A DNA stretch of 62,634 bases, filler included. It is 10 parts of 10 records of this genome, joined end to end, with 100 filler letters (N's around TTAATTAATTAA, not from the genome) between each part and the next. Parts side by side here need not be neighbours in the genome. Positions count along the whole stretch, not along the records: positions 46,069 to 49,683 come from SRR7504441_14582; positions 49,784 to 62,634 come from SRR7504441_14629; 8 more parts are not named here. One strand, 5' to 3'. Below are positions 46,069 through 57,497 of the stretch, piece after piece; the stretch's first letter is position 1, and every line of letters begins with the position of its first letter. Both the position numbers and the translations under genes were made by a program. The notes beneath the pieces were generated by a model that saw only the letters and a list, made by a program, of their open reading frames with translations, was not told where the DNA came from and searched no databases.

Positions 46069-49000
46069 CCCCCCCCCAGCCGCCGGCGCCATCTAGAGCC
46101 CGGGGGACAGTCGGCTGGCCCGGCTGCTCGACCGGGTGCTCGGGGACTACCTGGAGTCATTCGACCGCGAGTCGCTCTCAGTGGCGGTCTGGGCCGGCGA
46201 GGTAACTGGAATTCAACGGACCGGTCGAATGTGGGGCGGGCAGGTGACCCTCACCAATGCGAGTTTCAAGCGGTCCGCGCTGGATTGGCTGCTGCCGGTG
46301 TCGATCGTGCGCGGCGTGGTCGGCCGAGTCAAGCTGGTGGTCCCCTGGAACCGTCTGCGCTCCGAGCCTCTGGTCCGGCCCGCCCGGGTGTCCAGCCGAT
46401 CGGGGGGGGCAGCTGCTCGAGCTCGAGGACGTTTTCATCGTGCTCGGGCCCCGCGACTTGGAGCAGGAGGACCCAGCTGGCGCCGAGCATCTTGCCAAGG
46501 TCGCCCGGCCGGCCGGCGGCGGCGCCAGCTGGCGGGCAGATGCGGCGGCTCGAGCAGTTTGAGCGCCAGGTGGCGGCACGGCAGGCGAGTCAGGCCGCAG
46601 GGGCTGGGAGCGGGGCGAGCTCGGTGGCCGGCCACAGCGGGCGTGTGGCTAATCCGCTGCAGATGGGCACGAGCATGATGATGATGCTGGTGGACAACCT
46701 GCAGATCTCGGTCCGGAACATCCACATCCGGTGCCCTGCCCAGGCTCGGCGGTTGAGCCCGGCCGCAGCTACCAAGACAGCAGCGGGCTTGCGTGTGGGC
46801 TGGCTGCTGATGAAATGGGCGCGCACACCACCGACAGCGAATGGAATCGCAGCTTCTCCCGGGACCCGAGTCAGCGCTTCAAACTCGGGACTATAGCTGC
46901 CCTCCGGGCCTATTGGGTCTCCCAGACTGAGCAGCCGGATCAGTTCAAAGGCAGCTGTGATGAATTCAGGCAAGCTATGGCCAGGTGCTCGGCTGACAAG
47001 TCGGCTGGCTGACTGCCGGCCAGTGGGATGAGCCAGCCCGGGTACCAGCTCCTCCGGCCTGTGACGGCACAGCTCAGGTCGACCTTGGAGCGAGGCTCAG
47101 GTGCGAGTTGATTGCTCTAGGATGGCAATAACTGTCGAGCTGCAGGGCGGCAGCACGCCAGCTTCGCGCTGTGCTTGACTGAGGTGTACGGACAACTAAC
47201 AAAGCAGCAGTATGCTCAGATGCACGCGCTGGCCTCCAAGCTGGCAGCCCCAGACAAGAAGCCTGCCGCCGTCCGTGATTCGAGACCTGTCTCCAGACCG
47301 ACTGAACAACCTACTGCCTGGTAACCGAGCCGAGGAGCGACCCAACCTGTGGGTAGGTGGCACTATGTGCTGCAAGTGCTGGCGGCTGAGCGCCGCAAGA
47401 GATTCCCACAATGGCCCGCGTTGGCAGAGAGGAGAGACCGGAGGGTTAGGTGGGTCTGATGGTGAGCTTGGTGCAATCCAGCTGGTGGGTAGGTACATTC
47501 AGCTCTTCTCGAGGCAGCAGGACGCGCCCTGGCTGGCTGGGCAGCAGCTGACCAGCGAAGAGCTGGACGAGTTCAACCAATTGGAGCATCTTTTGAGTGT
47601 GGACGACTTGCTCTTGTTCCGGTCGATTGGGATCCGAATGCTCGAGGCTGCTTGGGTCAAATACAACGAACACCAGGCCGCTCTCAAGCAGCAGCAGTGG
47701 TTTGGCGGGATATTCAGGTCGCGCCCCGGGCTGCTCGGAGGGTTGAATGGGTTGGTTGCGGCAGCCGGCGGGCTGAAGCTCCTGTGATTGAGCTGGATGA
47801 AGAGGAGGAGGCAGCTCTGCGCCGACTGGTTTCGGAATACGACATGGGTGCAAATGAAAGCAACTTTGAGCAGTCGGCAGTGGCGACTGCCATGATGGAG
47901 CAGGCGTCGATGACGCTGGTGGCCGAGGATGGCGAGGTTATCCTGCAGTCTTCTATGACTGGAGCATCCGCCTCAATTGCGTCAAGCCAGAGCGCGATCG
48001 AGGCGGTGAGTGCAGTGCTTGGGCTAGCCAGGCTGCTGTAGCCTGCTAGATAGTCTTAATGCGTGCCTTATTGCCCGCGCTTAGGTGGAGTTTGCTGTGC
48101 AAGAGCTGCAGCTGCAGGATCCACAGGCGAGTGACCCGACCTACCAGTACCCTGTGCAGCTGCGGAGTTCCGAAGACTACTATTCGCCGGATGAAGACGA
48201 AGATGAACTAGCTGTGAGCCCACAGTCCCAAACTGCAGCATTGCAACTGCGGTATACTACAGCCTCCAGCAAATTACCTGAGCTTCGAGCTCAACTTGGA
48301 TTTCCACTCCAACTGGTCTGCAACATTGCCTTATTCCACCGTATTGCACAGTTTATCACTATACGCGGCCCGCACCGCTCTCTTGGGCTGGCAACAAGGG
48401 CCCGGAGACTAGGCAAGTACTCGGCAGCTCGGCTGAAGCAGCTCGCACTGGCTAAGAGTTCAGTGCAGCTGCACCTCACGGTGCCTGGTGTGGTGGTGTG
48501 CGTGCCAGCATCAGACTCTACCTCGGTGGTGGTGCTCGACATCGGGCGGTTCATGCTGCAGACTATGGACAGCACCGACAGCGACACTCTCGAGGGAACA
48601 ACCGACCGCTATAGTGGCCACCTCCCGAGTATCCAGCTGTCAGCAGCAGAGAGTATGGATCAATGGGAACAGCTTCGTGATGATGATGAAAGTGAGATAC
48701 GGCTGCTAAGTAGGTTGGAAGTCAAACTGGTGTTTGAAAAGCGCTTCACGCTGGAAGGCGAGCTCACGAGCCGGGTGGCAATCACAGCTAACAGCTTTGA
48801 GATGCACGGATACAAAGAAACCTTGGCTAGAATGCACCACCTGATGTCTTCCCTTCTCGAGCAAGGTGCTGCCGTCGGGCTCCTCGCGCCTGGAATATGA
48901 TTGGTGACAGGTGACACTCAGCCTCAGGCGTCTTTGCCCCGTGTAGATTCCCAAGAGCTTGTTTCAATGCACAGAGTGGAGAGCGTTGAGGCCATGGAAT

Positions 49001-49683
49001 CGATCGCTGGGATCATCCTCGCGCGAAGTCCCGGTGGTACTCCGGCTGACCTGCAAAACCAGCAAGCACATCAACACACGGAGATGGAGGTGCCCTCTCA
49101 TAAACATGCCGGTTGCATTCCTGCATGCTGATTTGCCTTTTTGTCACAGATTTCGGTGTCTGTTCCAATTATTTCTCTTAGTTTGAGCTTTAGCAAGCAA
49201 GAGCCAATTGTGACTCTGCTCCTTCATGGGACCTCCATGGAATTTAGCAAGAGCCTCACCGTTCAGACAGTTAAATTCAGCATTGGCAATATTTTGGCTC
49301 GTGACATGAGGCAGAAGGCAAAGGAGTTCAAGATGCTAATGACTACGATGCAAAGTGATCATTCAAAGGCAGAAGAGTCTCCTGTACAGATAGAAGCCAC
49401 TCTGCACAGTCCACAAGCAATCCAATGCTTGAAGACAGGAATCGCTCGGATTATAACTTGTCGATTCAACGAACTGCAAATGGAATGGAATCATCGGACC
49501 ATTCAGGATATCATGACTCTTCTTCTTATTACCACTGATAGCAGCTCCCAGCCAGGCTCCAAGAAAACTCTACGAGCAATCCATAGTGGCAGTACTAAGG
49601 TGGAGATCTCTGTGTCGTCGCTGAGCATCAACATGAACCGCGAGGACGAGGGTCGGCACCTGGCGCGATTCACAATGGAGAAT
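46069..49683 (+). CDS. VPS13: VPS13-family lipid transfer protein, N-terminal (chorein) part, partial at both ends
   Basis: RVLGDYLESFDRESLSVAVWAGE|VTLTN..LPVSIVRGVVG..VPW, LVDNLQISVRNIHIR, LEHLLSVDDLLLFR, WFGGIF. Confidence 0.9.
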
Positions 49684-49783
49684 NNNNNNNNNNNNNNNNN
49701 NNNNNNNNNNNNNNNNNNNNNNNNNNNTTAATTAATTAANNNNNNNNNNNNNNNNNNNNNNNNNNNNNNNNNNNNNNNNNNNN

Positions 49784-50389
49784 GCCCCAGCCCGATGCCA
49801 GCCGTGATGCCAGTCCGGGTGCATTAAATGCTGGCCGCCCAAACCAACTGCATGACTGTCCCCTTCGTCGGAGATGTCTCTCTGTGGAAATCACCATCTT
49901 TGCAGTCATTTCGAACGGGAGTTTGTGCACGGGATAGGGAACCATGCACGAGAAGCACCGGATGAGCTTCTTGTATTCTGAGCGTTTCTGGGATCCTGCC
50001 TGTGTCTCAGTCAAGTCATCATCGTCGGCCTCGATTGTGTCAAGTGGCAATGGCACCCCAGATGTTCCCTGCAACCTAAACGCCTTAACCTGCAGCATCC
50101 ATATCTTCCCATCACTGTCCTTCACAAAATCAGCAACTAGCTCGGTGAATTTGACAGGCGCAGGTCCAAGTGTCCTCTCCAGATAAACAACAACTCTCTC
50201 ACACAGCTCAGCGTATTCTTCAATCACGGCTCCACGCTGCTCAAATACAGTGCATGAATCCACTTCTTCAGTATTGGTACAATACCGATCCCTCGGCTCG
50301 ATGCTCTCGTCGTCACAGTAATGCCTGTTTGTGATCTGCCATCCGACCGCGGAGGCATTGGCTCGCCAGAGAGTCCTTGTTATTGCCAC
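49784..50389 (-). CDS. C-terminal portion of an ATP-grasp-like protein (no ATG start of its own)
   Basis: RTLWRANASAVGWQITN...FTELVADFVKDSDGKIWMLQVK resembles the ATP-grasp D-F-x-x-D...W-x-L-[EQ] strand; CxxC follows. Confidence 0.6.
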
Positions 50390-50455
50390 CGTTCGGAGGG
50401 ATCAGCTACAGCTCTGAGGTGCCCAGGCTGCCCCGGCAGGGCTGACCAGGCTCAG

Positions 50456-50880
50456 GTGCTGTATGAGGATAAGAGTGTGAAGCTGGTCCCGCTGACAGGG
50501 ATGTACAAGTTCCTCACCAGCGGCGATTCCGGGCTCAAGTCTGCCCGCCGGTGCGCCCCACCCACCGGGACTGCGTTGACGCTGAGTGTGCAGTCCAAAG
50601 ACTGCCGGCTCTCTGTGGCAGTCGCGTGCGGGCCGTGGAGGACCAAAGCTACGGGTCTGGATCCCCCACACAGTTGTGTACAAGGACACGGACATGCCCA
50701 CTTGGATATACACCAACGCGCACGGGGAGGTGTGCAAGACCACAAATTTCACGGAGCGCCATGTTCTCGAGACTCTGGGTGACCTCACCGGGGATGAGAC
50801 AGCGCCCGTAGCAGTGCTGAAGAAGCCGGACTGGAAGCTGCCAGAGGGTAATGAACTGGGGCTGCTCAGCACAAACGATG
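50456..50880 (+). CDS. Two internal exons of an ATP-grasp-like protein in inverted orientation
   Basis: Acceptor GCTGACCAGGCTCAG|VLYEDK..., internal 43-nt GT-AG intron, VWIPHTVVY..WIYTNAHGEVCK..VAVLKKP; no start codon ahead of the first exon. Confidence 0.6.
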
Positions 50881-50934
50881 CCTGCCTGGGGCACCCTCGA
50901 CTCGCAACGGGACGAGATCTCCGGCTGGAGGCAC

Positions 50935-51156
50935 GCCTCCGTGGTCTCGCCGATCGGGCGGGTGTGCACGCTCAGAGAGCCTCGTTTGGCCAGATTGAGG
51001 CTCTTGGGCTTGCGGGGGGCGATGCTGCTCGGGAGCGGCTTCTCATGCAGCACCGCATCTGCCAGCCTGTCGCCCGGCCCGCCCATCCCCGGCCGCACCG
51101 AGCTCGTCCTCGTCCAGCGCCACCCGCGGCGCGGGCTCGGCCGTGGCAGGCACCAT
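50935..51156 (-). CDS. First two exons of a minus-strand gene (probable N-terminus of the ATP-grasp-like protein)
   Basis: MVPATAEPAPRVALDEDEL|DAVLHEKPLPSS..RPIGETTE with a 40-nt GT-AG intron; head-to-head with the ATG at 51192. Confidence 0.55.
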
Positions 51157-51191
51157 GATCCAAATTCGTGCTTGCCGAAAGTTGCTCCTCA

Positions 51192-52385
51192 ATGAGGGCC
51201 CCCGACAGCACCGCGGGCGAGCTGGACGAGCTCGGGACCCAGCTGGGGAGCGGGCTGGGCCGGGACCTGCAGGCGGCCACCAACGACCTCGCGGCCGCCG
51301 CCCAGGAGACCGCGGCGGCCGCCGCCGCCCTGGAGCGGGCGGGGGGCGGGGATTGGGGGAGGGCGCGGCTGTTGGGCCGGGAGTGCGGGCAGCTCGGGCG
51401 AGAGCTGCGGGAGCTGGTGCGGCAGGTGGACGCCTGTGCGGAGGGCGGGGGGCTGGCCGTCCCGGGGTGGGCCGCTGGTCGGGCCGAGCTGGGCGAGCAG
51501 CTGGAGCTGCTGGAGGGGCCGCTGGGACTGGCCAGGAGCGGCCCAGCAGGCGAGGACAGGCTGGCCCAGCTGGAGGAGCAGAACGAGCTGCTGCAACGGC
51601 AAGTGCGTGAGGCTCACGAGACAATCGCAGATGGAATACACGCAGTGCGGTCTGAGTCGGTCGAGGCAGAGCAGGCGGGGAGGATCTCGGAGCTGCAGCA
51701 GAGGGTGTGGTCTCAGCAGCGGCAGCTGGAGCGACTGGAACTCGAGGGACAGGCGGTGGATCCGCCCGAGTCGGTGCTGGCTGCATGTGCCCGCCAGTGC
51801 AGGCCACGACCCCGAGACAGGGAGCAGGTGAATCGCTCTGGACTGAGGGCACTGCGATGGAACAGAGCCTTGGCAGCCTGTGCTCCGAGATCAGAGCGCT
51901 ATCTGCCAGCGAGCAGCCAGGCGCTGCGCGGGCGGACGCCCTCGGTTCAGCCAGCGGGGCAGGAGAGGCGGAAGAAGTAGTGCGACTCATGGAAGAAAGG
52001 CAAAAGATGCTAGAGACCAAGCTCCAGCTGGGGACGTCACTCGAGCCGATTAAAGCACACCTGGGCGGCTCCAGCCCGGAGGCCAGCTCTGCCGAGCGTA
52101 ATGATGGTTCGAAGGTCGCCCACGACCTTCCGGTGCCTCAAGTGTTGGTGGTTGGGCTTATGGAGGGGCAGGAGCAGCGCGAGCGAATGCCCTCGATCGC
52201 AGAGCGGATGGAAGCCTTGGCTGTGACACAGCGGGTGGTGTGACCCTCTGCGAACAGTGACAGTTGCTTATTGCCGTGTGCTTCTGCAGGATTATGACGC
52301 GGAAGTGGGGCTAGGGCAATCCGCATCAAAGCGGTCAAGAATGCAATACTCGCGGCCAAGCAAGGCACGCCATGGAGGACTTTAG
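51192..52385 (+). CDS. Hypothetical coiled-coil protein
   Basis: Long Glu/Leu/Ala heptad-rich ORF, then small exons. Confidence 0.55.
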
Positions 52386-52784
52386 TACTTTAGAAGGACT
52401 TGTAAAGGACTTGCCAGCGACCTATAGAATAAGGTCGCTAAAACTTTTATACAGATGTGAGCAGATGTTCACCGGGACATCAATAATTACATGTATATTG
52501 CAATTGTACCGAGATTCAATCTAAACCGTGGCTAAACCGTGGCCATAGGGCTCAATCTCGTCTTCATCGTCAATCGAGCGATTCATGATCATGAACTCTC
52601 CGCATACAACTTCGTAACAAATGAATGTATAAATAATCAAGGTACGAACAGACTAGAGAGTAAGGTACTATCGATATAGCAGAAGCGACGCAGACGACAG
52701 ATAATTACGACAGAATAAAATTGAGAATCTTCAACAGGCCTGGCGTTGGGCTTGGCGTTGGCGGTTATTATCAGAAACGCCCAG

Positions 52785-55700
52785 ATGGCAGCGCTCGCCG
52801 TGCTCCTGGGCGCGCTCGCGGTGGCGGGGGGCGATCCGGCCCGGTCGCGGCCGGGCGACCTCCCGCGGCTGCCCCCGGCCCCGGCGCCCACCGACTTCCG
52901 GTTCGGGCAGTACGTCACCGACTTCCAGTACGGCCGCCTCGATCGCCGCCGCCGGACCTATGGCACCAGCGGGCCGTCCGAGCTGGAGCAGGCCGGCGCC
53001 CGGGCGGAGAGGCGCTGATCCGGGGGGGGCAGGTGCTGGCGGACGGCGGGGGGCGGGGGTGGGCGGTGTATTTCTACGTGCCCTGGTGGGCCGGACCGGA
53101 CTGGCCGCGTGACCGATGGGGTTAGGTGCCCCCATTGTCCGATGTTTTCGAGGGAGTGGTCGGCGGTGCGGCCCGCTCGGATTGACTGAGCGCCGCGATA
53201 GGTGGCGGCCGCGCTGGCTGGACTGCCGGAGGAGTGGGGCGCTCCCTGGTGCGGCGCGGTGCGGCCTTGGCGGGGCGGCGGGGGCGGAGGGCTAGGTCAG
53301 GTGAACTGCGCCGAGCATCCGCGGCTGTGCGACCAGCACCGGGTCAGGACCTACCCGACGGTATCGGCCATTGCCACCCGGCGCGGCCACAGTCGATGCA
53401 GGTCGGATTGGTCAGGCCGAAAGCACCGGCTCTGCTGTATGCCGGGTGGCACAGGCTAGGTCCGGTGCTCCGTTGGCTGGCCGAGCGGCTCCAACGGACA
53501 GTGGTGCCGCTCCCACAGATCGCCCAGGCGAGCCGCATGGCCGCCAGGGGCCCACAGGCAGGCCAGGCTAACCAGATGGCGGCGGCTGGCCGGCTCGGGC
53601 TGCCTCGCGCAGTGCTCTTCCCTGACTCCACTGGGGCGATGGCAGCGGAATTGCCGTTACTCCACGAAGCCTGCACCGCCTCCGACGGGTACGCCAGGCC
53701 GCGCGCTGGCCTCACCGCCCTGCAGGCGGAGCCACACGGCGCTGTGTGCCGTGGTGCCGCCGGGTGCTGAGCCAGAAATTCGGCAGCTGCTCCTAGGCAG
53801 CTCGACCGCCGCCCCGGTGCCCTCTGCCCGGGCGGGGCTGATCGCGCTCAGGGCTCGGTGCTTTATGAGCTCGGGGACGGGCCGCCGGCTCGGATTTGCC
53901 CGCTGGGAGGCCCCGACCAAGCCCGCGCCATCGCACAGTGCCTAACTCCCGGGGCTAGCTGACTGCCCGACAGATGCGTGGCGCACATGCGCGCCCCACC
54001 GCCTGCAGCCGGCCCGGTGCCCAGCCCGCCCCCAGAGCCAGAGGAGCACCTGTCCTGGCGGAAGCTTCCGACCGACAAGCAGAGGGTGCACGCAACGGAG
54101 CTCGCTGCCACTGTCCACTTCCTACTCAAGCACGCGGCACTCGCCGGCGGTCACGCCCCTCCGCGCGCGCTGATGCTAACGACCAGTCAGGCCTGGCCGG
54201 TCCGAAGCGGCGTGCATTAGTGGCGCTGCTCACGGTGCGTGCGAGGCTCTTGATCCAGCTGACGGTGCTCAGGCGATTCAATCCGCGGCGCCGACCCGTG
54301 GGCTCGGGCGGCTGTCTAAGCAACTGAAGGCCGCGGGCAAGCTGACGCGGTCCGGATGGCTGGCGATGCTCCGGAAGGCGCGGCCGACGCTCTGGGGGCT
54401 GGGCCAGGCGGAGGCCGGATGGGCCCGGTGCTCTGGCCCGGGGCACGGGTTCAGTTGCGGGCTGTGGATGCTGTTTCACTGGCTTGTCGAGCAGCCGAGC
54501 GAGCGCGGCGTGGGGTTTGTGCTGATGCTGATCCAAGACACGGTGGCGCACTTCTTCGGATGCCGCGAGTGCCAGCAGGCGAGTCGAGTCGGTTGGGGCT
54601 TAGTGAGCTTCTGCCAGGGTTTCGCTGCAGCCACCGTCGGGCTGGAGCTGAGCGTCGATTCGCCCGAGGCGCTCCGGCTGTGGCTCTGGTGGTATCACAA
54701 CCAAGTCACAGGCCAGCGCTCAGGGTCGGCCCCGCCCTGGCCAGCCGACTGCTGCCGGCCAGACTGGGAGGCTGAGCAGCCGGCTCAACCGGACTGGCGG
54801 GACTGGAAGCGGAGCGTGCGCCACCAGCGATGGCGGACAGACGACGTACTCAAGCGGCTCAGCGCTGTGTATAAGCAGCCTGAGCAGCAAGTCCAGCCGA
54901 CCCCGGCGCCCACCGCACCGACGGAGGCCCCTACCTCGCCTCCCACCAACTCGGCCGCCTATGCCGACTGCGAGGCCGAGAAACGCTGCACACATCCGGT
55001 GCGCTGTTACAGCTAATGGTTTCCTGATCTGGAGGCCGGGTCACAGGTGTGGCGGTTCGCCGGGCTGTCAGGCCGGCCGGATCCTGAGGCGATCACCGGG
55101 TACTGCTTGGCCGACGGGCGCTGTCGGTGCCTTCTCGGGTTTGCTGGGAAGCATTGCGAGAAGGAGCGGCCTGCCTCCGATCGAGTCACAGGGCACAGCG
55201 CCGATGCCGCCAGCCAGGCTAGTCGCATTGATGGGTAGGGCTCTAGCCGGCCGGCAGGTGTCGAGCCCTAAGCAGCGGTGCATTCAGCAGCGGCGGTGCG
55301 CTGCAAACGGAGACTGGCAAGGCAAGTGCTCCGATCAGGGCGAGTGCGAGTGCTTCACGGGCTGGACCGGCAAGCTGTGTGACAAGAAGAAGAAAACCCG
55401 GAGCAACAGCGGCTGGTACTTTGAGTCGGCTAGAGAAGAGTGCCTGCACCAGGAGCGATGCGTCCATCACACGCCGCACGCCGGCGAGGAATGGACTGGC
55501 CGGTGTGACGACCAGGGCCAGTGTCGCTGCTTCGGCGGCTACTCGGGTCAGTTCTGCGAGGAGGCTGCAGCTCCAAGCCCGGCCCCCACCGCCGCCGTGA
55601 CCGGGCCGGTTGGCACCCACACTGAGGTATCCTAGCCATAAGGTGGCCATGATCCTCCGCAGGTGCGCAAGCCGTCGCCGTCGCCCCAGCCGAGCCGAGC

Positions 55701-56026
55701 TCCGAGCCCAGCGACCCATAGAGAAGTGCCTAGCTGGCTCAAGGTGCAGTGACACAGCTAGATCCAGCAATGACCAACTGACAGGCGCTCGACCCGCTGT
55801 CTGGGCCGCATCGCGGGCTGAAGCTGTTCAGTTGGATCCTGATCGGTGTGTTTCTGCTGGCCGGACTGCTCGCGCTCTGTTGGTGGCTCTGCCGACCGGC
55901 TGAGGCGAGCTGCGACCCGCCTGCAGAGCTTGAGGGGCGGGGCAGGTCCATCCCGTGTATGAGCCGGTCCCTCAGCAGGAGGACATTTGGGGCGTGAGGG
56001 TGAAGCCCGCCCCATTCGCGTTTTGA
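52785..56026 (+). CDS. Quiescin sulfhydryl oxidase (QSOX)-like protein with EGF-like repeats and C-terminal TM
   Basis: Signal peptide; FYVPW|CPHC, VNCAEH..C..VRTYPT; HGFSCGLWMLFH, FFGCREC, LWLWWYHNQVT; CRCLLGFAGKHC, CECFTGWTGKLC, CRCFGGYSGQFC; TM LFSWILIGVFLLAGLLAL. Confidence 0.85.
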
Positions 56027-56169
56027 TCTCCCGCCAGACTTTAGCTATAGAATAGCACTGCATGTTGGCTGAGCCCGAGGTATGTGACCAGCAGCTTGTG
56101 TCAGTGCATGACATTGTGCAACTGATAATTAATTATTGCCATCAAGCTTTCTGAGTACACATATATAGA

Positions 56170-57345
56170 CTAGTAATTCTTTATTGCGTGCGCGTAAGAC
56201 TTCTTTGGAGCGTTACTGTTCATATTTTTCGCGAATTTATCTCTTTTGCTGCTTTGAAAGGGTGGCTTGGATTTGGCCACTCCAAACGACCACGTGCTCT
56301 GCACTGCGTTTGCTGACTTTTGAACATGGGTGGCTTCGTCCGCGGCGCTGGCAATGCCCTGCACCGTCCTCAGTATTCCCATGCTGCTCACGCTGCCCTC
56401 CTGCCGGGACATGGCCGCAAATGACTCACCCACTGAGCTCTTCCCATGCGCAGTGCCCGCGGCAGGGCCACGGCTCGCGGTGCTCTGATTCAATGCAGCA
56501 ACTGGGTCGAATCGGCGCACCTTGACGGGACTGCCCTGTGACACGTTCCACACCGACGAGCCCACCGAGCCCACCGAGCCGTACGAGCCGTAACTGCCGT
56601 AACTGCCGTACGAGCCAACAGACCGGACGCTCGAAACAGTTGCCTGCCGTCGGGAGCCACGGGGCCGCAGGTTTGGAAAGCTCTCTGCGCGGCATTGCTC
56701 CGATAGCTCAACCAGCTCTCTGAGCGTTTCGAGCTGGCCGCTCCTGGCCCGGGAGCTTGCGAGCTGGTTCCAGAACTGGTTACCATAAAACTCTTCGCGC
56801 AGCTGCAACTGGAACGCGAAGGCTGGCAGGAAAAGGTTTGGCAGGTGCTTGTGCAGCTGATAGAGCTCACGTAGAGAAATCTTGCCGTCGCCGTTGGCGT
56901 CAAACTCCCTGAGCACCCGCTTGGCGTATTTCATCATGGTCCGGTCATAACTGCGGCCCTGCACAGACTGCAGCAGCGCTTCCACCTCGTCCTCCTCTAT
57001 GTAGCCCGAATTGTCGCTGTCAAACATCTGGAACGTGAAGCGGAGCAGTCCGTGGGCGTCAAACGAGCAGATGTTCCACAGCCCCAGCACAAACTCGGCG
57101 AATCCGACCAAGCCGTCCCCGTCCTGGTCAATCATCGCAAAGCACCGGTACGAGAACTTGCTCGGCTCTACTTTCATCACATCCAGGAAGTCGTCCACAG
57201 TCAGCTGCCGGCCCACGTCCGAGCAGTAGCCCAGGAACCGCTCGCGCAGGTCGGCGATCATTGACCAATCGATTCCGAGCCGCCGGGCCAGCAGCTGTAT
57301 CCCAGGATCCGGCGGCGGCCCCACGCAGCAGCTCGCCGCGCCCAT
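56170..57345 (-). CDS. Calcineurin-B/recoverin-like EF-hand protein with acylation-type N-terminus, intronless
   Basis: MGAASCC; DQDGDGLVGFAEF, DSDNSGYIEEDE, DANGDGKISLRE. Confidence 0.85.
   Translation of the reverse strand: MGAASCCVGPPPDPGIQLLARRLGIDWSMIADLRERFLGYCSDVGRQLTVDDFLDVMKVEPSKFSYRCFAMIDQDGDGLVGFAEFVLGLWNICSFDAHGLLRFTFQMFDSDNSGYIEEDEVEALLQSVQGRSYDRTMMKYAKRVLREFDANGDGKISLRELYQLHKHLPNLFLPAFAFQLQLREEFYGNQFWNQLASSRARSGQLETLRELVELSEQCRAESFPNLRPRGSRRQATVSSVRSVGSYGSYGSYGSYGSVGSVGSSVWNVSQGSPVKVRRFDPVAALNQSTASRGPAAGTAHGKSSVGESFAAMSRQEGSVSSMGILRTVQGIASAADEATHVQKSANAVQSTWSFGVAKSKPPFQSSKRDKFAKNMNSNAPKKSYAHAIKNY
56558..56620. repeat. 9-bp coding tandem repeat (GSY/GSV)n
   Basis: GAGCCCACC, GAGCCGTAC and ACTGCCGTA units encode GSYGSYGSYGSVGSVGS on the minus strand. 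Confidence 0.8.
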
Positions 57346-57497
57346 TGCAGCTGCGCACGCTACAGCGCGCTGGGCCGGTGCCAGCCCAGCCGCACCGGCT
57401 GAGGGCGTGTCGGGGGACCGCTCTAGAGGTGCTGCGCCAGGTGCCCTGTCCTGATTGGGGGGCCGATTCCGTTGCCAGCTGCAGGGGGTTGCATCAC

